A stretch of DNA of 61,115 nucleotides, filler included. It is 4 parts of 4 records of this genome, joined end to end, with 100 filler letters (N's around TTAATTAATTAA, not from the genome) between each part and the next. Parts side by side here need not be neighbours in the genome. Positions count along the whole stretch, not along the records: positions 30,942 to 52,426 come from DRR723986_5806; positions 52,527 to 61,115 come from DRR723986_5809; 2 more parts are not named here. One strand, given 5' to 3'. Shown here one piece after another: positions 49,301-58,563 of the stretch. The notes under the pieces are model-generated. The model ran no database searches. It was not told the origin of the DNA and worked only from the letters and a program-made list of their open reading frames with translations. Every line of letters begins with the position of its first letter. The stretch's first letter is position 1. The position numbers and the translations under genes are program-made.

Positions 49301-51574
49301 ATGAGCCAGCTGCCCACCAAAGAGGAAATTCTAAACTGGATTTCCGAAAACCCGACCCTGACCGCGAAACGTGATATTGCCAAGGCTTTTGGCATCAAAG
49401 GTGCTGCGCGCATCGATCTAAAGCGCCTGCTGAAAGAGCTCGAGGCCGAGGGCCATTTGGCCAAGCGCAGCAAAACCTATCGCAGCCCCGATAAATTGCC
49501 CCCCGTGTCCGTGATTACCATCACCGGCACCACCCATGATGGCGAATTGCTGGCCGCGCCCATGGAATGGCAGGGCGAGGCGCCCGCGCCCGTGCTGATG
49601 GTGCTGCCCAGCACCGGCGACCCGGCCCTTGCCCCGGGCGACAGGCTGCTGGCCCGCGTCAGCGAGGTGCAGGCCGATGACCACCAATATCAGGCGCGGC
49701 TGATCCGCCGAATCGGGCACAACCCACAAAAGATTTTGGGCATCTTCCGCAAAACCCACGAAGGCGGGCGCATCGTGCCCATCGATAAGGGCAATGCCAA
49801 AGAATGGCTGGTGCCCCCCGGCGCCGAGGCCGAGGCCCGCGATGGCGAATTGGTAGAGGCCCAGCAATCAGGCCCGCGCGCGCGCATGGGCCTGCCCCGC
49901 GCGCGCATCATCACGCGCCTTGGCAACCCCAGCGCACCCAAGGCGGTATCGCTGATTGCCATTCACCAGCATGCCATCCCCGATGCCTTCCCCGATGATG
50001 CCCTGGCCGAGGCCGATGCGCAAAAGCCCGCCGGGCTGGCCGGGCGCGTTGATATGCGCGATATGCCGCTGGTGACGATCGATCCCTGGGATGCGCGCGA
50101 TCACGATGATGCCTGCTATGCCCACCCCGATGACGACCCGGCCAACCCCGGTGGCCATATTCTGTGGGTGGCGATCGCCGATGTGGCCCATTACGTGCGC
50201 CCCGGCAAGCCCCTGGATATCGAGGCGCGCAAGCGCGGCAACTCGGCCTATTTCCCAGATCGGGTGGTGCCGATGCTGCCCGACAGGCTGTCGGGCGATC
50301 TGTGCTCGCTGCACGAAGGGGTGCCGCGTGCCTGCATTGCTGTGCGCATGAAAATTGCCGCCGATGGCACCAAGCTGGGCCACCGCTTTCAACGCGGGCT
50401 GATGCGATCCGCCGCATCGCTGACCTATGAAGAGGTGCAAGCCGCACAAGATGGCCAGCCCAACGAAAAAACCGCGCCGCTATTGGCGCCGGTTATTGCG
50501 CCTCTTTACGCCGCCTACCGCGCCCTTGTGGCCGCGCGCGAACGCCGCCAGCCCCTGGCGCTGGATCTGCCCGAACGCAAGGTGGTGCTGACAGCCGAAG
50601 GGCAGGTGCAATCGGTCAATTTCACCGAACGCCTCGATGCCCACCGCCTGATCGAGGAATTCATGGTGCTGGCCAACGTGGCCGCGGCAGAAGAGCTGAT
50701 AAAGCGTAAAACCCCCCTGCTGTTTCGGGTGCACGAAGAACCAAGCCCCGAAAAGCTGGATGCACTGCGCGAAACCGCGGGCAGCGCGGGCTTTACCCTG
50801 GCCAAGGGGCAGGTGCTGCAGACCGCGCATTTAAACCGCCTTTTGGCACAGGCGGCTGGCAGTGATTTCAACGATCTCATCAACCTGTCTACCCTGCGCG
50901 CCATGACGCAGGCCTATTACAGCCCCACCAATTTTGGCCATTTCGGGCTGGCCCTGCGCGCCTATGCGCATTTCACCTCGCCTATCCGCCGCTATGCCGA
51001 TCTGGTGGTGCATCGCGCCCTGATTGCCAGCCATGGCTGGGGCGATGACGGATTGACGCCCGTCGATATCGAAAAGCTGGAACAAACCGCCACCCATATC
51101 AGCGACACCGAACGCCGCGCCATGCTGGCCGAACGTGACACAACCGACAGGTATCTGGCCGCCTTCCTATCCGATCGCATTGGCGCGGAAATTACCGGCA
51201 AAATCAGCGGCATTGCCAAATTTGGCGTGTTTGTGAAACTGGATGAAACCGGCGCCGACGGGATTATCCCCATGCGCAACCTGGGGCGCGAATATTTCCA
51301 TTTCGATGCCGATGCCGGCGTGCTGACCGGCGCAGACAGCGGGCTGACCATTGGCCTCGGCCAACGCGTTTTGGTCAAACTGATCGAGGCCGCCCCCGTC
51401 ACCGGCGGTGTGGCGCTAGAGCTGCTTGAACTGGCGGGCGAGGCCATCAGCCATGGGCCGGGCAGCGGCGGGCGGGGCCGCGGGCGCGGCAAACCCGCAC
51501 GGCGCAAACAGGTGCAATCGGTCAAGAAATCGGCAAAGATCAAAGCCAAGATCAAACGCAGCCGCCGCAGCTAG
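49301..51574 (+). CDS. rnr: Ribonuclease R
   Basis: TIDPWDARDHDDA, VAIADV, IEEFMVLAN, HFTSPIRRYADL, S1 domain, basic tail. Confidence 0.96.
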   Translation: MSQLPTKEEILNWISENPTLTAKRDIAKAFGIKGAARIDLKRLLKELEAEGHLAKRSKTYRSPDKLPPVSVITITGTTHDGELLAAPMEWQGEAPAPVLMVLPSTGDPALAPGDRLLARVSEVQADDHQYQARLIRRIGHNPQKILGIFRKTHEGGRIVPIDKGNAKEWLVPPGAEAEARDGELVEAQQSGPRARMGLPRARIITRLGNPSAPKAVSLIAIHQHAIPDAFPDDALAEADAQKPAGLAGRVDMRDMPLVTIDPWDARDHDDACYAHPDDDPANPGGHILWVAIADVAHYVRPGKPLDIEARKRGNSAYFPDRVVPMLPDRLSGDLCSLHEGVPRACIAVRMKIAADGTKLGHRFQRGLMRSAASLTYEEVQAAQDGQPNEKTAPLLAPVIAPLYAAYRALVAARERRQPLALDLPERKVVLTAEGQVQSVNFTERLDAHRLIEEFMVLANVAAAEELIKRKTPLLFRVHEEPSPEKLDALRETAGSAGFTLAKGQVLQTAHLNRLLAQAAGSDFNDLINLSTLRAMTQAYYSPTNFGHFGLALRAYAHFTSPIRRYADLVVHRALIASHGWGDDGLTPVDIEKLEQTATHISDTERRAMLAERDTTDRYLAAFLSDRIGAEITGKISGIAKFGVFVKLDETGADGIIPMRNLGREYFHFDADAGVLTGADSGLTIGLGQRVLVKLIEAAPVTGGVALELLELAGEAISHGPGSGGRGRGRGKPARRKQVQSVKKSAKIKAKIKRSRRS

Positions 51575-51718
51575 GCCCAGTTTAACGGGGCCCAGTTTAG
51601 GCGCCGCCAGCGCATTGGCCAGGCAATTGGCGAAACTGCGCCGCCCATCCGAAAGGGTTCTTTGAAGGCGCCTACATTCGGGTTAGCATGAGGGCATAAT
51701 AAAACAACAGGCCGAGCA

Positions 51719-52426
51719 ATGCTGACAGTTTTGACCCCGCTTTTGGCGGGCCTATGGATCGCCCTATCTGGCCCTGCCGCAGCCAGCCCCGTGGCGCAAT
51801 CCCCACGGCCCGAGGCACGCCCCAGCCCACAGGCCACGGGCGCCACCGGGGTGATTGCCACATCGCCCCGCCCCATCGAACGCCCCGCCACATTGAAGGC
51901 ACAGCCGCCCGCAAACACCGCCAGCGCGGGCGCCAAAGACCGCGCATTCCAGGGCTGGCTGGCCCGCTATAAGGCACAAGTGGTGGCCAAGGGCATACGC
52001 CCCGATGTGGCACAAGCGGCCTTTAGCGGCATTCGCTACAACGCATCCATTGTGAAAAACGACCGCAACCAGGCCGAATTCAAACGCCAGATCTGGGATT
52101 ACCTAGACAGCGCCGCCAGCCCCGTGCGGGTGAAAAACGGCAAGGCCGCTCTGGCCCGCCATGGCCGCATTCTAACCCAGATCGAACGCGCCTATGGCGT
52201 GGAAAAAGAGGTGGTTTTGGCCGTGTGGGGCATGGAAACCGCCTATGGCGAACGGCGCGGCACGCTGGATGTGATCGAGGCCCTGGCCACCCTGGCCTAT
52301 GATGGGCGGCGTGGGGCCTTTTTTGAAAAACAGCTGTTCGCCGCATTGCAGATCTTGCAATCGGGCGATGTGCAGCCGCGCGCGATGAAGGGCTCGTGGG
52401 CCGGGGCCATGGGGCATACCCAGTTC
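51719..52426 (+). CDS. Lytic murein transglycosylase (MltB/SLT_2 family), 3' truncated
   Basis: Signal peptide, DRNQAEF, AVWGMETAYG, LATLAYDGRR, GSWAGAMGHTQF. Confidence 0.92.
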
Positions 52427-52526
52427 NNNNNNNNNNNNNNNNNNNNNNNNNNNNNNNNNNNNNNNNNNNNTTAATTAATTAANNNNNNNNNNNNNNNNNN
52501 NNNNNNNNNNNNNNNNNNNNNNNNNN
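52427..52526. other. Artificial contig spacer
   Basis: N run + TTAATTAATTAA + N run. Confidence 0.99.
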
Positions 52527-52582
52527 AGAGCAGTTGGCTTTTAACCAATTGGTCGATGGTTCGAATCCATCACGGCCCACCA
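52527..52582 (+). tRNA. tRNA-Lys(TTT), 5' truncated
   Basis: Anticodon arm GTTGG-CTTTTAA-CCAAT, T-arm GATGG-TTCGAAT-CCATC, ends ACCA. Confidence 0.95.
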
Positions 52583-52595
52583 TCAAATTCCGAAG

Positions 52596-52625
52596 AAAGC
52601 ACTGCATTTGCAGTGCTTTTTTTTT
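52596..52625 (+). terminator. Intrinsic terminator after tRNA-Lys
   Basis: AAAGCACTGC-ATTT-GCAGTGCTTT followed by T run. Confidence 0.9.
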
Positions 52626-52810
52626 GCCGCTTACTTTTCCGACACGAATTTCGCCAAGTGCGTATTTATTGACGAATAAAACGTCGATGTTGCTGAAGTG
52701 TCTCGGTATTCTTGGCGCGTTGCGCAACGAGACATGGAGTTATTGCGTAAGCGTACGACCCGCCACGAGGGCGGGGCGAACTACAACCGAAAAAGGCATG
52801 ACATAGCGTT

Positions 52811-53686
52811 ATGAGTATCAACGACAAGGATTATGTGCCCTACGAGGGCGAAGATATGCAGCGCTACATCGAGCGCGTAATGGCGGTTGAACCGCCCACC
52901 CACCCCGCGCGGGACTGGGTATATAAACTGCTCAAATACCTGTTTTCCCCGACGTTTCTCGATGCCGACAAACTGCCAGACAAGCCCTGCCTGTTTGTCG
53001 CTAACCATTCCATTTACGCGGTCGATGGTCCGATTCTCGGCCTGCCGATGCTGGCAGAGCATGGCCGCTTTTTGCGCGCCTTAAGCGACAAATGGATGTG
53101 GAATAGCGTCAATGAGCAGTTCTTGCTCAATCAGGGCGCGGTCATCGGCCACCCAGAGGTGTGCAGTGCGCTGATGGAAGGCGGCCAGGATATTTTGGTA
53201 TTTCCCGGCGGTGCCCACGAGGCCACCAAACCCGCCGACCAAAAATACACCCTGCAGTGGAAAGAGCGCACCGGCTTTGTGCGCATGGCCGCTAAGCATG
53301 GCTACACCATTATTCCCACGGCGGTAGTGGGCCCGGAGGAGTTTTATCGCCACTTAATGGAAGGCCGCGACCTGCCAAACTCGCTGTTGGGTAAATTGCT
53401 CACCCGATTTGGCTTGTTAAACGAAAACTCCCGCACCGATCTGATGGGGCCGATTCCGGTTGGCTTGTTCGGTACGCTGTTGCCCAAACCCCAGCGCTGT
53501 TTTATTCAGTTTGGTGACCCCGTTGACCTCAGTGAATACAAAGGCAAAGTGCCCAGCAAAGCGCAGCAAATGGCGATTCGCAGCGATGTTGCTGAAACGA
53601 TTGAAGGCATGATCTCCTCGCTGTTTCTCAAGCGCGCGCAGGAACGCTTCAAAGATAAATTCTGGCGACGAGTGCTCAGCGCTTAA
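52811..53686 (+). CDS. Lysophospholipid/DGAT2-like acyltransferase
   Basis: LFVANHS..AVD, LVFPGG..E, RTGFVRMA, FGDP. Confidence 0.85.
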   Translation: MSINDKDYVPYEGEDMQRYIERVMAVEPPTHPARDWVYKLLKYLFSPTFLDADKLPDKPCLFVANHSIYAVDGPILGLPMLAEHGRFLRALSDKWMWNSVNEQFLLNQGAVIGHPEVCSALMEGGQDILVFPGGAHEATKPADQKYTLQWKERTGFVRMAAKHGYTIIPTAVVGPEEFYRHLMEGRDLPNSLLGKLLTRFGLLNENSRTDLMGPIPVGLFGTLLPKPQRCFIQFGDPVDLSEYKGKVPSKAQQMAIRSDVAETIEGMISSLFLKRAQERFKDKFWRRVLSA

Positions 53687-53694
53687 TACAAAAT

Positions 53695-53721
53695 ATGCCG
53701 GCTAAGCCCGGCATTTTTTTT
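53695..53721 (+). terminator. Intrinsic terminator
   Basis: ATGCCGG-CTAAGC-CCGGCAT then T run. Confidence 0.85.
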
Positions 53722-54007
53722 GTTTGCCGATTTCTAGGTAACAAATATGCCGTATAGTGTATTTGGCGGTGTGGGACACTGCGTGTCATTGGCAGACAAT
53801 CCACAGCCAGGGTTTTGGGTCAGTATTGATCAACATAATCATAATAATGCTGGCGAGGCGCCTGGCTTGTCTCGCTGTGTAGCGGCTCGCTTTAGCATGG
53901 ATACTCAGGCACAGCTCCCGCTCGCAGCGAATCAATAACAATAATAAACAAGATAAGAGTCCGCCCGGCAATTATCGGCCGGCGCGCTCTCAACGCGGAG
54001 AATCATC

Positions 54008-55897
54008 ATGATGGGCTTGCGTGACCAAGTAGTGGCCGGGCTATTGATTTGTCTCGGTGCAATGTTAACGGCTTGCGGCGGCTCTTCAAGCAGCGGCCAA
54101 ACCACCACGGCCAATGACACCGGTTCGGCAGAAACACGAGCGTGGCAGCCCTACGAGCGTCCGCAGGAATTCAGCGCGATGGTGACCCTGCCCCGCGAAT
54201 TTATCGAAATGCGCGACGGCGTTCGCCTGTCGGCCCATATCACCTTGCCGGCCGATGAGGCGGGGAATCCCGTCGAGACACCGCTGCCGGTGATTCTCAC
54301 GCAGACCGGATACAACAGCAGTACCGGTGGCGTAACATCTGCTAACCCGTATTTTGTTCAACGCGGCTACGCGCAGGTGTATGTCGACGTGCGCGGCACC
54401 GGAAATTCTGAAGGCGTGTGGGAAGCCTGGGGGCCGGTCGAGCAGGCCGACTACCTCGAAGTAATGGACTGGGTAGCCAAGCAACCCTGGTCAGATGGCA
54501 ACGTGGGTACCTGGGGGCCATCGTTTATGGCCATCACGCAATTGCTTACCGCGCAGCACAACCACCCGGCACACAAAGCCCTGTTTGCAATCGTGCCGCC
54601 GGGGGATGTCTATCGCGATATCACCTTTGCCGGTGGTCAGATCAACGGTGCCTTTGTGCCCGCATGGCTGGGTCTGGTAACCGGTTTGTCGTTAATTCCC
54701 GCGCAGGAAAGTTTTCAAGACCCCGAGCAACTGCTCAGTGTGTTTGCCGAACACACCGCCAACGCGGTGACGGAATTTCAGGCAACAACCTTGATCGGTG
54801 GCCTTACCGGCAGTGATGAAACCGCTTATGACAGCGAATTCTGGCGCGTGCGCTCGCCCCTGACTCATATCGACAAGGTGAAAGTGCCCACCTTCGTGGT
54901 CGGCGGCTTGCGTGATATTTTTCAGCGCAGCGAACCAATGGCCTATGAAGGGCTTAAGGACAACACCAATGCCAAACTGCTTATCGGGCCCTGGGATCAT
55001 TTGCAGGGCTCACAGTTAGAGGGGCTGCCGGTCGATGGCATTCCCCACGGCGACGATATTGCGCTGGCCTGGTTCGACCACTACCTGAAGGGCATGAACA
55101 ACGGGGCAGAAGACATGCCCGCCGTCACCCAATATCTCTATGGCGAAGAGCGCTATGTAACGCTGCCAGACTGGCCACACCCACAGTTGCAAAGTGAGCG
55201 CTGGTATTTGCGTGGCGATGGCAGCCTAAGCCAGCAGGGCGCTGCCGCTGGTGAGGGGACCAAGGTTGTCTTGCAACAACCCTTCGCCGGTATCTGCTCA
55301 GATAGCACGGCCCAGTGGTCGGCGGGTATTCTCGGTTTGCTTCCCTCTCCCTGCTACGACGACAACCGAATCAATGAGGCCCTGGAAGTCACCTACACCA
55401 GTGCGCCGATGGAGGAGGACTATTTTATTAACGGCCCCATTCAGGCCGATTTGTGGATATCCACCACCGCTCTGGATGCCGGCGTAGTGGTGAGGGTGAG
55501 CGATGTCTCCCCCGACGGCGTATCGCGGCAACTGACCAGTGGTTTGCTTACGGCGTCGGCGCGGGCGGTGGACCCTAGCCAGTCGCGCTATGTTGCCGGC
55601 AATATGATTCAGCCCTGGCACCTATATACCGCCGAGAGCCGTCAGCCCGTGGCAATGAACGAGGTGGTGGCCATCAATGTGGAGATATTTTCAACCAGCG
55701 CGGTGATTAAACGCGGGCACTCGCTGCGCATCTCCGTCGGTGCCAGTGATTTCCCGCGCGGCATCCCGCCAGTGCTAGACCTTGTCGACCAGCTGGCGGG
55801 AGTGATGACGGTATACAGCGACGCCGACCGGCCCTCCAGTGTGGTGCTGCCGGTGATACCTATCGAGGCCTTACCTCCCGTCGCCAGTGGTGAATAG
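54008..55897 (+). CDS. CocE/NonD family hydrolase, lipoprotein
   Basis: Lipobox LTA-C + Ser/Thr linker; MRDGVRL, DVRGTGNSEG, GPSF nucleophile, IGPWDH, PepX_C-type domain. Confidence 0.9.
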   Translation: MMGLRDQVVAGLLICLGAMLTACGGSSSSGQTTTANDTGSAETRAWQPYERPQEFSAMVTLPREFIEMRDGVRLSAHITLPADEAGNPVETPLPVILTQTGYNSSTGGVTSANPYFVQRGYAQVYVDVRGTGNSEGVWEAWGPVEQADYLEVMDWVAKQPWSDGNVGTWGPSFMAITQLLTAQHNHPAHKALFAIVPPGDVYRDITFAGGQINGAFVPAWLGLVTGLSLIPAQESFQDPEQLLSVFAEHTANAVTEFQATTLIGGLTGSDETAYDSEFWRVRSPLTHIDKVKVPTFVVGGLRDIFQRSEPMAYEGLKDNTNAKLLIGPWDHLQGSQLEGLPVDGIPHGDDIALAWFDHYLKGMNNGAEDMPAVTQYLYGEERYVTLPDWPHPQLQSERWYLRGDGSLSQQGAAAGEGTKVVLQQPFAGICSDSTAQWSAGILGLLPSPCYDDNRINEALEVTYTSAPMEEDYFINGPIQADLWISTTALDAGVVVRVSDVSPDGVSRQLTSGLLTASARAVDPSQSRYVAGNMIQPWHLYTAESRQPVAMNEVVAINVEIFSTSAVIKRGHSLRISVGASDFPRGIPPVLDLVDQLAGVMTVYSDADRPSSVVLPVIPIEALPPVASGE

Positions 55898-56009
55898 GCG
55901 GTGGCTGGCAAATAAATAACTGATAACTAAAAGTCGTTACGCAATTTACGGCCTTACTGATTAAGGCCACTGATCCTCCATACCAAAATAATACAAATAA
56001 GGAGTGACT

Positions 56010-58382
56010 ATGGGAGTTCGCAAATGCTGTATCGGTGCGCTGGCGCTGGCCGTATTACCCGCTGCGGCGCTGGCCGAGGACAGCAAATCGCGGCCGCAGT
56101 TGGAAGAGGTGATGGTCACCGCTCAGAAGCAGCAGCAAAGCTTGCAGGATGTACCGATAGCCGTGGCCGCCGTCGATGGCGCTAAAATTCGCGATGCCGG
56201 TATTCAGCGCATTGAAGAGCTCACCGCCTATGTGCCCAATTTTAAAATGGCCGTCACCGGCCAGGGCAATGCGGTGTATATTCGCGGCGTGGGCTCGGGT
56301 GACAATCGCGGCTTTGAGCAATCGGTGGGCATGTTTATCGACGGCATCTACGCCGGGCGCGGTCAGCAGTTCCAGTCGCCGTTCCTCGATATTGCCTTAG
56401 TGGAAGTACTAAAAGGACCGCAGGGTACCCTGTTCGGTAAGAACACCATCGCCGGGGCGGTCAACATCAGTACCGCCAAACCCAGTGATGCCTTCTCCGG
56501 CGAATTCAGCGCCCAGCACAACTCGGAAATTGGCGCAGAAGAAGTCACCGCCACCGTTAATGTGCCGCTGGGCGATGCCTTTGCCGTGCGGGCAGCGTAT
56601 AAGCGTTTAACCGAAGACGGTTACGTGAATAATTTTATTCTCGACCAGGATGAAACCGAGCGCGCCGAAGATGTGCTGCGCCTGGGCCTGCGCTGGCGCG
56701 CCAGCGACGATCTCGACATCAACCTCAAACTGGAGCAGTCGGATTTTGGCCAGGTGGGCACCACCCACCAGCTGGTGGATAACACCGGCACCTTTTCGCT
56801 GTACCAGTCAAATTTCGGCTTGCCCGTCACGCCGCCTGTGTCACTGCCCGTGCCGCTGTACTCGGTAAACCTTGAAGACGAAATTGACCCCCGCGAAGAC
56901 GGCCGCCTGGACCGCCGCAAGTCAGACCGTCAGTTCGACTGGCAACCGGCAGTCACCCAAAATAACAGCGAATCCGCCGTATTCACGGTGGAATACGCCC
57001 TGAGTGAAACCCTAACGCTTACCAGCGTCAGCGGCTATTCCCAGTTTGATTTTCGATTTAACCTCGACGCCGACTTCACCGACCTGCAGTTCATCGGCAC
57101 CGAAAACACCGAAGACTTCAGCCAGCTCAGCCAGGAGTTTCGTCTGGCGGGCAATATCGGCGACAACATCGACTTTATCGGCGGTGTGTACGCCCACAAG
57201 CAGAAGCTTACCAGCACGCTTTGGCTAAACCTGGACTTCCAGGCGCTGGGAGTGCCCAGTTCTATCTCTCTGCCGGGCACCACCATTTCCCTGCCCAGCC
57301 AACTCGCCACGTTTACCGAATACCAGCAAGACACCGACAGCGTGGCGGTATTTGGTCAGGCCACCTGGGCCATTACCGAGTCGCTGAGTGCCACCTTGGG
57401 TTTGCGCTGGGGGCAGGATGAGAAGCAGGCCCACAAGTATTTGGATATTGCCGAGTTCCGCAGCAAGGAGCGCACCCCCAATCCCGTGTATGCGGTGCTG
57501 GCTGGCGCGCTCAATAACTCGGAGAACCACGATATAAAAAACGCTCGCAAAGTCGACAATGTTTCACCGGCCTTCAATCTGCAGTGGTATGCCAATGAAG
57601 ATGTCATGAGCTATTTCCGCTACGCCAAAGGCTTTAAAGATGGCGGCTTTAACGCCAACGACACCACCGCCAGTCAGGACGCCTTTGCCTACGAGGACGA
57701 AGAGGCCGACACCTACGAGCTGGGCATCAAAACCACCTTGCTCGATGGCGCTATGACCGTGAACGCGGCGCTGTTTTATACCGAGTTTATGGAACGCCAG
57801 GTCAGTAACTTTACGCTAACCGGCTACGTGGTTGGCAATGCCGCCGAGTCCATTACTCAGGGCTTTGAAGCGGATATGCGCTGGGCACTTACCGAGCGGC
57901 TGCTTGTTGGCGCCTCTGTGGCATGGCTGGACTCGTATTTCACCGCCTTTCCCGATGGCCCCTGTACCGCCGAGCAAACCCGCACGGCGTCGGAGCAGGG
58001 CAATAAAGATTGCCGCCAGGACCTCAGCGGCCAGGGCACCGATTACGCGCCGGAATACACCGGCAGCCTCACCAGTCAGTATCTGCAACCGATTGGCGAC
58101 AGCATGGAACTGCGCCTGCAGGTGGATGTGAATTTCAGCGATGAATTCTTCTACACTCAGGACCGGGACGCCGCCGATATGCAGGAGGCCTACTACAAAA
58201 TAAACAGCCGTTTGTCCTTGGCACACTTTAATCAGGGCTGGGAGCTGGCGTTGGTCGGCAAAAACCTCACCAACGAAATGACGCGCCCCGCGGGCAACGA
58301 TGTTCCCCTGTTTGTTGGCGCCCACTTTGCCGCCACCGATCCCCCGCGCAGCCTGGCCCTGGAAGGCGTTGTGCGCTTCTAG
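56010..58382 (+). CDS. TonB-dependent receptor
   Basis: AAGGAG then ATG 56010; LEEVMVTAQK TonB box, VEVLKGPQGTLFGKNTIAGA plug, terminal Phe. Confidence 0.95.
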   Translation: MGVRKCCIGALALAVLPAAALAEDSKSRPQLEEVMVTAQKQQQSLQDVPIAVAAVDGAKIRDAGIQRIEELTAYVPNFKMAVTGQGNAVYIRGVGSGDNRGFEQSVGMFIDGIYAGRGQQFQSPFLDIALVEVLKGPQGTLFGKNTIAGAVNISTAKPSDAFSGEFSAQHNSEIGAEEVTATVNVPLGDAFAVRAAYKRLTEDGYVNNFILDQDETERAEDVLRLGLRWRASDDLDINLKLEQSDFGQVGTTHQLVDNTGTFSLYQSNFGLPVTPPVSLPVPLYSVNLEDEIDPREDGRLDRRKSDRQFDWQPAVTQNNSESAVFTVEYALSETLTLTSVSGYSQFDFRFNLDADFTDLQFIGTENTEDFSQLSQEFRLAGNIGDNIDFIGGVYAHKQKLTSTLWLNLDFQALGVPSSISLPGTTISLPSQLATFTEYQQDTDSVAVFGQATWAITESLSATLGLRWGQDEKQAHKYLDIAEFRSKERTPNPVYAVLAGALNNSENHDIKNARKVDNVSPAFNLQWYANEDVMSYFRYAKGFKDGGFNANDTTASQDAFAYEDEEADTYELGIKTTLLDGAMTVNAALFYTEFMERQVSNFTLTGYVVGNAAESITQGFEADMRWALTERLLVGASVAWLDSYFTAFPDGPCTAEQTRTASEQGNKDCRQDLSGQGTDYAPEYTGSLTSQYLQPIGDSMELRLQVDVNFSDEFFYTQDRDAADMQEAYYKINSRLSLAHFNQGWELALVGKNLTNEMTRPAGNDVPLFVGAHFAATDPPRSLALEGVVRF

Positions 58383-58563
58383 CGGGGTAGGCATCGCCTC
58401 AGCGCACCTGCAATGGGGCGCTGCGCAATTCCGATGGGGTTTTCTTGATACCGCCAGCGGATAACGGATGTGTCGCGCCGCGACACATCCGGCACCGTTG
58501 AACAATCTTCCTTGTGCCTGTTTGCGTCACTATGCTGGCGAATAACACTAATAAGGAATTGCT

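Noticed and set aside
51574-51599. 11-bp direct repeat GGCCCAGTTTA x2 after rnr
   Set aside because: Only two copies 4 bp apart; no mobile element or array, probably local slippage
30942-52582. Two tRNA-Lys pieces as attL/attR of an integrated island
   Set aside because: Different contigs with different sequences; no integrase present
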